Below the pieces are notes generated by a model. The model made no database searches and was not told where the DNA came from. It saw only the letters and a list, made by a program, of their open reading frames with translations. DNA of 27,734 bases. Origin: a virus (lineage: Duplodnaviria; Caudoviricetes). The position numbers and the translations under genes are program-made. The stretch's first letter is position 1; every line of letters starts with the position of its first letter. Positions 18,856 through 25,689 of the stretch are shown here, piece after piece. The stretch covers positions 1 through 27,734 of the IMG/VR virus record IMGVR_UViG_3300011336_000712; one strand, given 5' to 3'.

Positions 18856-19317
18856 TTACCTCCAAAGCTCATGTAAATAAAGACGAGTGCCAACCGAGAC
18901 ATCGGCAGGTCCAGGTAGTGCCTGGATGAATTCAGCACCAGAGCGTTCGTAACGGTAACGAGCCTGGAACGGATCCTTGTAGTTGGGAACGTAAAGAATG
19001 CCAGCTAAACGGTTTGTTTCGTAGAGATAAACCTCGTCCCAAACCTTTAATGCTTCTTTGGCATTGCTAGACCGGATAGTACGGTCAACGTCGCCAGCAA
19101 TACTTTCAAGTCGAGTAGAAGGTGAAGTTGCGACCTCGGTCTTCTTCTCGGCGGTATCACAACGACCAATTTGAATAGCAATTTTATCGTAGAAGTACGA
19201 ATCTGGGACTGTATTCATGGATTCTTCAAGCCGACTGTAGTCACCAGCGGGCACCGACACGGTAAAATACCCTAGATGGTAACGGACTCTGCTTTTGTCA
19301 AAATCAGACAGTTGCAC
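18856..19317 (-). CDS. Putative head-completion/adaptor-type protein; first 30 codons supplied by HNH cassette 1
   Basis: GTG at 19317 lies 7 nt after GGAGG (19325-19329), whereas the ATG at 19323 is only 1 nt from it. Product inferred from size and position. Confidence 0.75.
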   Translation of the reverse strand: MQLSDFDKSRVRYHLGYFTVSVPAGDYSRLEESMNTVPDSYFYDKIAIQIGRCDTAEKKTEVATSPSTRLESIAGDVDRTIRSSNAKEALKVWDEVYLYETNRLAGILYVPNYKDPFQARYRYERSGAEFIQALPGPADVSVGTRLYLHELWR

Positions 19318-19836
19318 AACCATGCCTCCAGTACAAACATTCTAAATCAGTAAGCCCATGGCCAAACGAGAAATTAACCCACAAACAGGCAAGCACTACG
19401 TTTTTGGAGACGTACGACAAGATGGGTATATTTTTAGGCAGTGGGGCCGAGTAAAAGCAGATGGATTCCAACAAGCCCTATGGCTGAGTCCCAAGGCTTT
19501 TAAACGCAACAGAGAACAAACACTTTGTTATCACCGAGAAAAAACAAAAGAGCTTAGAAACTGGGTGAATAAACTAAAAATATTCTATGGTTGCGCAATC
19601 TGCGGATACAATCAAGAGCCAGAGGGTCTAGACATTGATCACTTGCGTGACAAATCTTTTAATATTGGAGGCGAAATAAAAACAAACAAAAGCCGAATTA
19701 TCAAAGAAATACAAAAATGCCAAATTTTATGCGGAACTTGTCACAACATAAAAACAAGAGCCCCTGAAAAATACGCTCAATTAATAAAACAAAAAGGGGA
19801 AAAATGTTTAGATATCAATCAATTTTTAAAACAAGA
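19228..19836 (+). mobile_element. HNH cassette 1: endonuclease plus recoded replacement 5' end of the target gene
   Basis: Bounded by a protein-level direct duplication (19228-19317 vs 19837-19926); AT-rich; nuclease antisense to all neighbours. Confidence 0.8.
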
Positions 19837-19849
19837 AAGACGAGCGTAA
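19358..19849 (+). CDS. HNH-family putative homing endonuclease 1
   Basis: GCAICGY...LDIDHL...KCQILCGTCHNIKT His-Me/zinc motif; N-terminal INPQTG...GDVRQDG domain. Confidence 0.85.
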   Translation: MAKREINPQTGKHYVFGDVRQDGYIFRQWGRVKADGFQQALWLSPKAFKRNREQTLCYHREKTKELRNWVNKLKIFYGCAICGYNQEPEGLDIDHLRDKSFNIGGEIKTNKSRIIKEIQKCQILCGTCHNIKTRAPEKYAQLIKQKGEKCLDINQFLKQERRA

Positions 19850-19926
19850 TCGCCCGCCGGGACAGAAACCGTGAAATAGCCCAGGTGATACCTGACCCTA
19901 CTTTTGTCAAAGTCAGATAATTGCAC
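19819..19926 (-). pseudogene. Orphan 5' fragment of gene 18856-19317
   Basis: GTG start; translates MQLSDFDKSRVRYHLGYFTVSVPAGDYARL then SCFKN*. 29 of 30 aa match the intact gene. TATAAT box at 19948-19953. Confidence 0.92.
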
Positions 19927-19975
19927 TTCTAACTTGCGTATCTTTCAATTATAAATGCAAAGAATCCCTTGAAAC

Positions 19976-20650
19976 TTAACCTTGGTAAGGATTTGAGCTG
20001 ATGTATTGTTCCAGCATTTCTTGTGCCAAGCTGCGCCTAGGGACCATAGCAGAAGCTGCCATCTGTTCAAACATAGATTGTTGTAAAGTCTTTTGCTTGG
20101 GTTGTACCAGGGATGCTCCGTACATCATGGCTTGTACAAAAGAATCCATATTGGATCCGGTGTTTTGTGCGTTGGACGTTGGCGTTTGATTACTTGTAAA
20201 TTCGGCAGCCTTGCCAAGGCTTGCCATGTGTCCAATACCAACTTCGTATTTATTGTCTCCCGTTTTAAATGTTGCCAGATTTCCGTAACCCCCTTGGTCA
20301 GCAAGAGGTGTAAATTTGCCTGCACCTTCCATATATACAGGCGTTCCTTCGGGAAGGGCCCAGTCTTCCCCTTGATGGAAAGAAGATGCTCCAGCAGTAG
20401 GTGCGGTGCGAGGACCAAATTTAGATGTGACGGCTACGTTGGAAGCTGGATTTAAAACCAGTTGGCCTTCTTTGTTTTTGATAATTGCAGGAACCTTTTG
20501 TTCGCCAATGCGTAAACCAGTTAATGCACTGCGAATAGTACTTGGGTCAATGTGTTTTCCCGTACCAAGATCTTTTACGTATATATGGCCATGGGGACCA
20601 GTGGAGGTTCCGGTACTGCCGATATTTCCTAAGAATGCAATGCCTGCCAT
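19976..20650 (-). CDS. M23-family peptidase domain protein, circularly permuted
   Basis: GSTGTSTGPHGH at the N-terminus precedes TSKFGPR...HQGED...GTPV...GGYGN...GHM. Confidence 0.8.
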   Translation of the reverse strand: MAGIAFLGNIGSTGTSTGPHGHIYVKDLGTGKHIDPSTIRSALTGLRIGEQKVPAIIKNKEGQLVLNPASNVAVTSKFGPRTAPTAGASSFHQGEDWALPEGTPVYMEGAGKFTPLADQGGYGNLATFKTGDNKYEVGIGHMASLGKAAEFTSNQTPTSNAQNTGSNMDSFVQAMMYGASLVQPKQKTLQQSMFEQMAASAMVPRRSLAQEMLEQYISSNPYQG

Positions 20651-20677
20651 TATTCTTTTATTTTTAATTTTAAGACT

Positions 20678-20701
20678 AAAAAACCCCTGGTTTCCCAGGG
20701 G
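20678..20701 (-). terminator. Rho-independent terminator after the orphan 3' end
   Basis: Minus strand CCCCTGG-gaaa-CCAGGGG-TTTTTT. Confidence 0.9.
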
Positions 20702-20716
20702 CCAGTAGGAGACAAG

Positions 20717-20749
20717 TTAAACGCGGACTAAGTCGGCAGCAAGTACGGC
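20717..20749 (-). pseudogene. Orphan 3' end of gene 21268-21681
   Basis: Translates AVLAADLVRV*; the intact gene ends AVLAADLIRV*. Confidence 0.85.
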
Positions 20750-20794
20750 AATAAAACGTTTCAGGTGTTATAGTTTTATTTTGCTATCTTAAAA

Positions 20795-21253
20795 ATGAAA
20801 AGAATTAATCCAAAAACTGGGGCATTTTTTAAACACGGCGACTGCAGGGAAGACGGCTTTATTTTTATTGGTTACAACTTTAAAAAAATTAAACAAGACG
20901 GAACTTTTTTAGAGGTATGGATGAGTCCCGAACAACAAGAAAAGAAAAAAACCTATGACAAAAAAAGATCTCAACGTTTGTCTTCTGAAAACAGAAACTG
21001 GATGAACAATTTAAAAATAACAGAAGGTTGCGCATGCTGTGGGTATAACGAACACCCCGAGGGACTAGATTTTGATCATCTTTACGATAAAAAATTTAAC
21101 ATTGGACGAGGGGGTACGTTTAGCAAAAAAAGACTTGAAAAAGAAATAAAAAAATGCCAGGTTCTCTGTGGCACATGCCATCACATAAAAACAAGAAATA
21201 AAGAAAAATTTAACGCCATAATGAAAAAGAGGGGTGTTGCCCCTCTTGGTTGA
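20795..21253 (+). CDS. HNH-family putative homing endonuclease 2 (paralog of 19358-19849)
   Basis: GCACCGY...LDFDHL...KCQVLCGTCHHIKT; N-terminal INPKTG...GDCREDG domain. Confidence 0.85.
   Translation: MKRINPKTGAFFKHGDCREDGFIFIGYNFKKIKQDGTFLEVWMSPEQQEKKKTYDKKRSQRLSSENRNWMNNLKITEGCACCGYNEHPEGLDFDHLYDKKFNIGRGGTFSKKRLEKEIKKCQVLCGTCHHIKTRNKEKFNAIMKKRGVAPLG
21224..21247 (-). terminator. Terminator embedded antisense in the 3' end of HNH 2
   Basis: Minus strand AAGAGGGG-caaca-CCCCTCTT-TTT, 20 nt after the stop of gene 21268-21681. Confidence 0.7.
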
Positions 21254-21267
21254 GTTATGCGTTTAAA

Positions 21268-21681
21268 TCAGACCCTTATTAAATCGGCTGCCAAGACCGC
21301 ACTCCAGTCAACCCTTTTGATTTGCTTTAACTGCTCGAGGCTGTTAAATCTCTCACCCGATAAGGACATCTGTAGATCTTTGATTTCTCGGGCAGTCTTC
21401 AGTCCAATGCCTTTGATATGATCTGCGATCATTTGGGCGGTGGCTGAGTTGATGTTCAAGCGAGTGTCCGGAGGAAAAGTACGGGGCTCTTCTTGTGCCG
21501 CTTTATCTTTTACCTGAAGAGCAGTCACCTTTTTGGTAGCTTGCTCGTCAGGGATAAGTTCGGTTTTGTAAGCAGTGTAAAGGCGACCGTCCTGATCTTC
21601 GACCATGAACCAATCGCCGTTATCCCATTCACTTACAATCTTGACGCGAGCGCCTGTTTTTTTATGCTGATGAAGAATCAT
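21268..21681 (-). CDS. Helix-hairpin-helix (ComEA-like) domain protein
   Basis: LNINSATAQMIADHIKGIGLKTAREI...FNSLEQLKQIKRV HhH signature. Confidence 0.8.
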   Translation of the reverse strand: MILHQHKKTGARVKIVSEWDNGDWFMVEDQDGRLYTAYKTELIPDEQATKKVTALQVKDKAAQEEPRTFPPDTRLNINSATAQMIADHIKGIGLKTAREIKDLQMSLSGERFNSLEQLKQIKRVDWSAVLAADLIRV

Positions 21682-21719
21682 AAAGACCAGATTTTCTCTC
21701 TGGTCTTATATTAACCTAA

Positions 21720-22517
21720 TCAGCTAACAGTGCGGCCAGTCAGGTAGCCATCGATGTCCTCGTAACCAGGGGCATCATCGGGCTGGATGTAGCACACTTC
21801 CACGACCAGGTAACCGGTGCGGCCAGCGTTGGAATCAGCGGTCGAGATGTAGAAACCACCGGAAGTAGCGGTAGCGTTACCGGAGTCCTTAGCGAACACT
21901 TTCAGAGTGGTACCAGTGGTGGCTGCGTAGTAGCACACACCGCCGGAGACGCCAGCAGCGCCGGTAGCAGTGATGAACGGAGCGGTGCCAAAGGCTTGGG
22001 AACCACCAGCGAAGTAGATCTTGCCAGCAGCGTCACCAGACACGGTGGAGGTCAGGTTGGCCTGAATCACACCTTCGCCAGTGCCAGAGGCAGCCGTGGG
22101 GCCGCTGGAGTCGCGACCGAAGGAGATGATGTTGCCAGTAGCGGCATACACACCGGAAGCCACACGGCCATCACCCCAGCCAGAAGCAACGGAGATAGCA
22201 GCGCGATACACGAAGGCAGGCTGGGTGGTGGTGCCAGAGATCACCATGCCGGTGATGTCGGTACGAGTGTCATCCTGGCGGTAAGGCGAAGGAATGATCA
22301 CGTTGCCGGTAGCAGCAGGAGTGCCAGAGGTGGCGGTAACAGCCACGTAACCACGCTGTTGGAAGTAACGGTAGCCAGGGGTAGCCAGCACCGAAGTGGG
22401 GCCGCCCTTGGAAGCATCATTGGTGCCATCAGCAGAGGCATCAATGTTCTTATACCAACCGTTCAGAGGCTCTGCCCAGTTACCCGGGTAGATTTTTTTG
22501 GAAGACAAATAGGTCAT
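21720..22517 (-). CDS. Putative capsid decoration / minor structural protein
   Basis: Immediately after the capsid gene with the same strong codon bias; AGGAG RBS. Confidence 0.7.
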   Translation of the reverse strand: MTYLSSKKIYPGNWAEPLNGWYKNIDASADGTNDASKGGPTSVLATPGYRYFQQRGYVAVTATSGTPAATGNVIIPSPYRQDDTRTDITGMVISGTTTQPAFVYRAAISVASGWGDGRVASGVYAATGNIISFGRDSSGPTAASGTGEGVIQANLTSTVSGDAAGKIYFAGGSQAFGTAPFITATGAAGVSGGVCYYAATTGTTLKVFAKDSGNATATSGGFYISTADSNAGRTGYLVVEVCYIQPDDAPGYEDIDGYLTGRTVS

Positions 22518-22548
22518 TTATTTCTCCTAAATAATTTATTTATTGTTA

Positions 22549-23706
22549 TCAGATGATGCCGTCGTCTTGCAGGAAGCTGAAGGCGGTGGTCACGAAGTCC
22601 TTGTTCAGGATCTCGAAGCCGGCGTACAGTTGCCAAATCAGGATGATAAAACGGCTGAAGTCGTCGTTGTTGTTAATCAGCACCTGAGCATTGGGGCCGC
22701 CGATACCCACGCCAATGGCCTGAGGACCGAAGAAGTAACCCTGAGCAACTTCGTAAGAAGTGTAGTTGGAGCTGCCGCCAATGTTGAGGTCGGCAGTGAT
22801 GCTCTTGGTCGGGAAGTTGGTCGACTCGAAGAACTTAACGCCTTCAAACTGCACGCCGGTGGGCATGACAGGTTCACCAGCCAGGAAGTAACCTTGGCCG
22901 GCTTGGGGGCCCTGGTAGAAGCTGGCGTTGTTAGGCAGCATGGGGTTGCCCATGTACATGCCTTGGCCGGGGTTACCAGAGTAACGAGCGATCTCACGGA
23001 AGTCGGGGTCACGACGCAGGTGCATCATGAAAGTAGGATCGCAAATGCAGCGATACAGACCATCAGCGAAGGTCGGCACGTTGCGCTTACGCAGGTCCTT
23101 AACAACGGTCAGCAGGTCGGTACGCACCTGGAACTGTTGCACTTGAGCTTCGTACTGAGCCTGGGTGTAGGATACACGACCAGAAGCGTCCTTAACTTTA
23201 CCGCCGGGGAAGTAGTAACCACCTTGGGTAGAGGAAGCAACACCGTTAGCTTCGGCTTTGGCCAGTTCGTCAATAAAGACGCGGTCGCGCCAACGACGGT
23301 AGTCATCAAGCAGCGTCAGGCTACCGATGGACTGGTGGAACATGTTGAGGTTGCCGCTGTCCAGCAGAAGGCGCTGAGCAGTGATCAGGGTCTCACGTGC
23401 AATCTTGAAGGTCGAAGGCTGGGTCGGATCGCCGGGGTCCGCAGGACCGGTGTATTCCTTAAGCACCACCAGGACTTTTTCCTTGGTGATGTTACGGCTG
23501 TTAGCGGTACCGATGGTTTGGTCGGCAATACGCTCACGGCTATCCTTAGTACCAGGGGTACCCCAGAACTTGTAGCGGTCTAACTGAACAGTTTGACCGG
23601 GCTGACGGGTGAAGTCGTGGACAACCACGGGTTCCACTGCCATCTCAGCGATGTACGCAGGGTGGGGACGGTAGAGTTCCGCGCCCAAAATCTTTGGAAA
23701 ATCGTT
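22549..23706 (-). CDS. Major capsid protein, exon 2 (spliced product 389 aa, MFID-NDFPKILGAELY...)
   Basis: Follows portal and scaffold; strong C-ending codon bias; N4-gp56-like PGQTVQLDRY and EYTG motifs; frame open up to the intron's terminal G at 23707. Confidence 0.85.
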   Translation of the reverse strand, partial: NDFPKILGAELYRPHPAYIAEMAVEPVVVHDFTRQPGQTVQLDRYKFWGTPGTKDSRERIADQTIGTANSRNITKEKVLVVLKEYTGPADPGDPTQPSTFKIARETLITAQRLLLDSGNLNMFHQSIGSLTLLDDYRRWRDRVFIDELAKAEANGVASSTQGGYYFPGGKVKDASGRVSYTQAQYEAQVQQFQVRTDLLTVVKDLRKRNVPTFADGLYRCICDPTFMMHLRRDPDFREIARYSGNPGQGMYMGNPMLPNNASFYQGPQAGQGYFLAGEPVMPTGVQFEGVKFFESTNFPTKSITADLNIGGSSNYTSYEVAQGYFFGPQAIGVGIGGPNAQVLINNNDDFSRFIILIWQLYAGFEILNKDFVTTAFSFLQDDGII

Positions 23707-23983
23707 CTCCTGGTCTCTAGTTTCTTAGAGGGGTGGACTATCTCTTCATCCCTGTGGGATGCCGGACGCTAAATCTGGTATTACGTAACAAGATCGTGTT
23801 ACACCCAGTAGTCTCTGCACCTTCCAATCACGACTTGATTGGCTTGGCTCAGGATTACCCTCGTCTTTACGTTAGGGCTTCCCTGAATTCATCCAGTTTG
23901 CACTCGTCAATTGCTTGATGAGGTGACAACGTTGAGCGTTCAGTTGAAACAAATTACTTTGTTTACCAGGATCTGAACCAGCT
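23707..23983 (-). ncRNA. Group I intron (277 nt, no internal ORF)
   Basis: P AAUUCAGGG (23881-23889), Q AAUCCUGAG (23848-23856), R GUGCAGAGACUA (23809-23820), S AAGAGAUAGUCC (23735-23746). P3 CUGGAUG/CGUCCGG, P7 GACUA/UAGUC. Exon 1 ends in U, intron ends in G. IGS CGUUGUCA (23924-23931) pairs with both exons. Confidence 0.93.
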
Positions 23984-23995
23984 ATCAATGAACAC
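23984..23995 (-). CDS. Major capsid protein, exon 1 (GTG TTC ATT GAT = MFID)
   Basis: GGAGGA RBS 9 nt upstream of the GTG; joins exon 2 in frame. Confidence 0.88.
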
Positions 23996-24030
23996 TTTGG
24001 TTTATCCTCCAGTGTCAGTGTTTTTATCGG

Positions 24031-24074
24031 GTGAAAGATAAAGACACTTAATGTCTTATCTATCACAAATTTTA
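24031..24074 (-). promoter_or_regulatory. Capsid gene -10 box and 5'-leader hairpin
   Basis: TAAAAT at 24069-24074, then a long imperfect hairpin GTGATAGATAAGACAT-taa-GTGTCTTTATCTTTCAC. Confidence 0.55.
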
Positions 24075-24095
24075 GCAGATAGTAAACTCAAAGGT

Positions 24096-24722
24096 TTACA
24101 TGTACTGGGCTGTAGTCGTGGATGCACGTGCACCCATCGTGTTACTTGAGCCGTATTGCTCAGGATCCATGTACTGTTGTTGCTGTTGGAACCCAGGGAG
24201 CATTAAGCCGGCAACGTTAGAAACGCCACCGCCAACCAAGCCACCAATACCAGCCGCGATAGGAGCAGCTGCCATTGCGGCACCTTGTTCAGCGCGACTC
24301 AAGTTAAGGAGTTGCTGCTGTTTACCAAGACGCTCCAGCATGGGAATAGCTTTTTGATTTGCAGCTTTTGCCGTTTCACGCGCACCTGCTTCTGCAGCAT
24401 GTAACGCACGTGAAATATAAGGCGTTGCTTCGCGCTCTAGATTGCCAATTCCTCTTTGAAGAGCAATGTTTTCTTTACCAATCTGACCAATAACTCGACC
24501 TGCAGCTGCGCCACCCAAGCCTGCTAATGCGGCTTCGGTAAGAATGCGACCTGCACCTTCGTTTTCTTCGTCAGATAAATTACCGGCAACTGAACCGCCG
24601 GCACCAATTAGCCCGTAAGCTAATGGTGCCATAGCAGCAGTTTTTGCCGGACTCAATGCACCAGTGGTAAGCTCTTGCTTAACCCTGGATAACATCGGAG
24701 AGAACTTACCGGCAATATTCAT
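24096..24722 (-). CDS. A/G-rich hypothetical protein with glycine-zipper-like segments
   Basis: 208-aa ORF between scaffold and capsid genes; GAGG RBS. Confidence 0.7.
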   Translation of the reverse strand: MNIAGKFSPMLSRVKQELTTGALSPAKTAAMAPLAYGLIGAGGSVAGNLSDEENEGAGRILTEAALAGLGGAAAGRVIGQIGKENIALQRGIGNLEREATPYISRALHAAEAGARETAKAANQKAIPMLERLGKQQQLLNLSRAEQGAAMAAAPIAAGIGGLVGGGVSNVAGLMLPGFQQQQQYMDPEQYGSSNTMGARASTTTAQYM

Positions 24723-24726
24723 TGCC

Positions 24727-25689
24727 TCACTCCATCACAAACAGTTTGTTTGCAACCACGTTGGGCTGGGCGTAGTTCAGAAGGCGCCAGGCGTTTTCAG
24801 GGCTCGTTTCCATTTGTTGCTTAAAGCTACCCCAGAAGTTTTCAGGTTGCTGAGGAGCAGAAGCAGCAGGAGGAGCAGGGAACTCACCGTAGTTAGCTTG
24901 AACCGGAGCGGTGGGATAACCACGGGTTTCCAGTTGAGCTTCATTTTCGTACACAGGGTACGGACCTTCAGGACCAAAGAACTTCAGCGTGTAATCGCTA
25001 AGAACATCAGGGTTGGTCAGGATTTCGTTATAAGCCAGATTCTCGGTATGCTCAGCAACCGCAAAATCGGCATAACCACCAATCAGATTTTGTGCACGTT
25101 GGCCCCAGGCTACGGCACTATCGAGCATTCCTTCGAGTTGAAGGGCGTACTGGTTTAGCAGAGCCGGAGCTTCCACCCCGTACGCGTCGATCACTACTCG
25201 GCTTTCCTGGCTCAGACCCAGGTAGTCCGCTACGTCCGCCAAGGAGGGACTCGAGGAAGTTTGGGAAGAGCTGGGCGATGAGGCCGGGCTGGTTAATGAG
25301 GTCGGGGCTGCCGAGTTCCAGGTAGCTGGGCTGCTGGGCTGTCCGTAATTGGCCGGGGTATAGCTCGTCGGAGCTGATTGTTGACCCTGGAACGGGGATT
25401 GAACTGGTGCGCTCAGCAGGTTCACCACCTTGTTGAACGCCGATTCCCATGGATTCCCCTGAGGAGCTTCCGCCGGTTGGGATTGGGGGGCGTACTGAGT
25501 AGGGGCGGATTGGTAGCTGATATTCGCTTGAGGAATCGCTTGGGGGTAAGCGGTCCCCACTTGGTACGCCACCGGAGCCGCTTGGTAGCTGCTGGGCGCC
25601 GGAGCCGCTGCTGTCACGTAGCTGCTCGGGGCTACTGACGGCTGTGCGGGGCTCATCTGTGGGATCGATTGGACGGTAGCGTCCTGCAT
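24727..25689 (-). CDS. Putative capsid scaffolding/assembly protein
   Basis: AAGGAG RBS before ATG 25689; P/Q/A/S-rich; lies between portal and capsid genes. Confidence 0.7.
   Translation of the reverse strand: MQDATVQSIPQMSPAQPSVAPSSYVTAAAPAPSSYQAAPVAYQVGTAYPQAIPQANISYQSAPTQYAPQSQPAEAPQGNPWESAFNKVVNLLSAPVQSPFQGQQSAPTSYTPANYGQPSSPATWNSAAPTSLTSPASSPSSSQTSSSPSLADVADYLGLSQESRVVIDAYGVEAPALLNQYALQLEGMLDSAVAWGQRAQNLIGGYADFAVAEHTENLAYNEILTNPDVLSDYTLKFFGPEGPYPVYENEAQLETRGYPTAPVQANYGEFPAPPAASAPQQPENFWGSFKQQMETSPENAWRLLNYAQPNVVANKLFVME

Larger units (their letters stand above)
20750..21300 (+). mobile_element. HNH cassette 2: endonuclease plus recoded replacement 3' end and terminator of the target gene
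   Basis: Bounded by a protein-level direct duplication (21268-21300 vs 20717-20749); AT-rich; antisense nuclease with TGtTATAGT extended -10 at 20766-20774. Confidence 0.78.

Noticed and set aside
19318-19836. HNH cassettes as introns or translational bypass elements
   Set aside because: No P/Q/R/S or group II motifs in either cassette, the nuclease is antisense, and the host genes are complete without splicing.
19228-21300. Duplications as IS target-site duplications, invertible segments or DGR template/variable repeats
   Set aside because: The repeats are direct and differ at synonymous positions of all bases, not just adenines. No transposase, recombinase, reverse transcriptase or terminal inverted repeats are visible.
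22543-23583. 346-aa plus-strand ORF opposite the capsid gene (also 21996-22556)
   Set aside because: Shadow ORF expected from the strong codon bias of the sense gene; no recognisable motifs.
19358-23983. Free-standing HNH genes mobilising the ORF-less capsid intron (collaborative homing)
   Set aside because: Possible in principle, but each nuclease has a better-supported target at its own insertion site and nothing in the sequence links them to the intron site.
23733-24066. Short ORFs 23733-23918 and 23872-24066 as an intron-encoded endonuclease
   Set aside because: They run across the ribozyme core and leader and contain no nuclease motifs.
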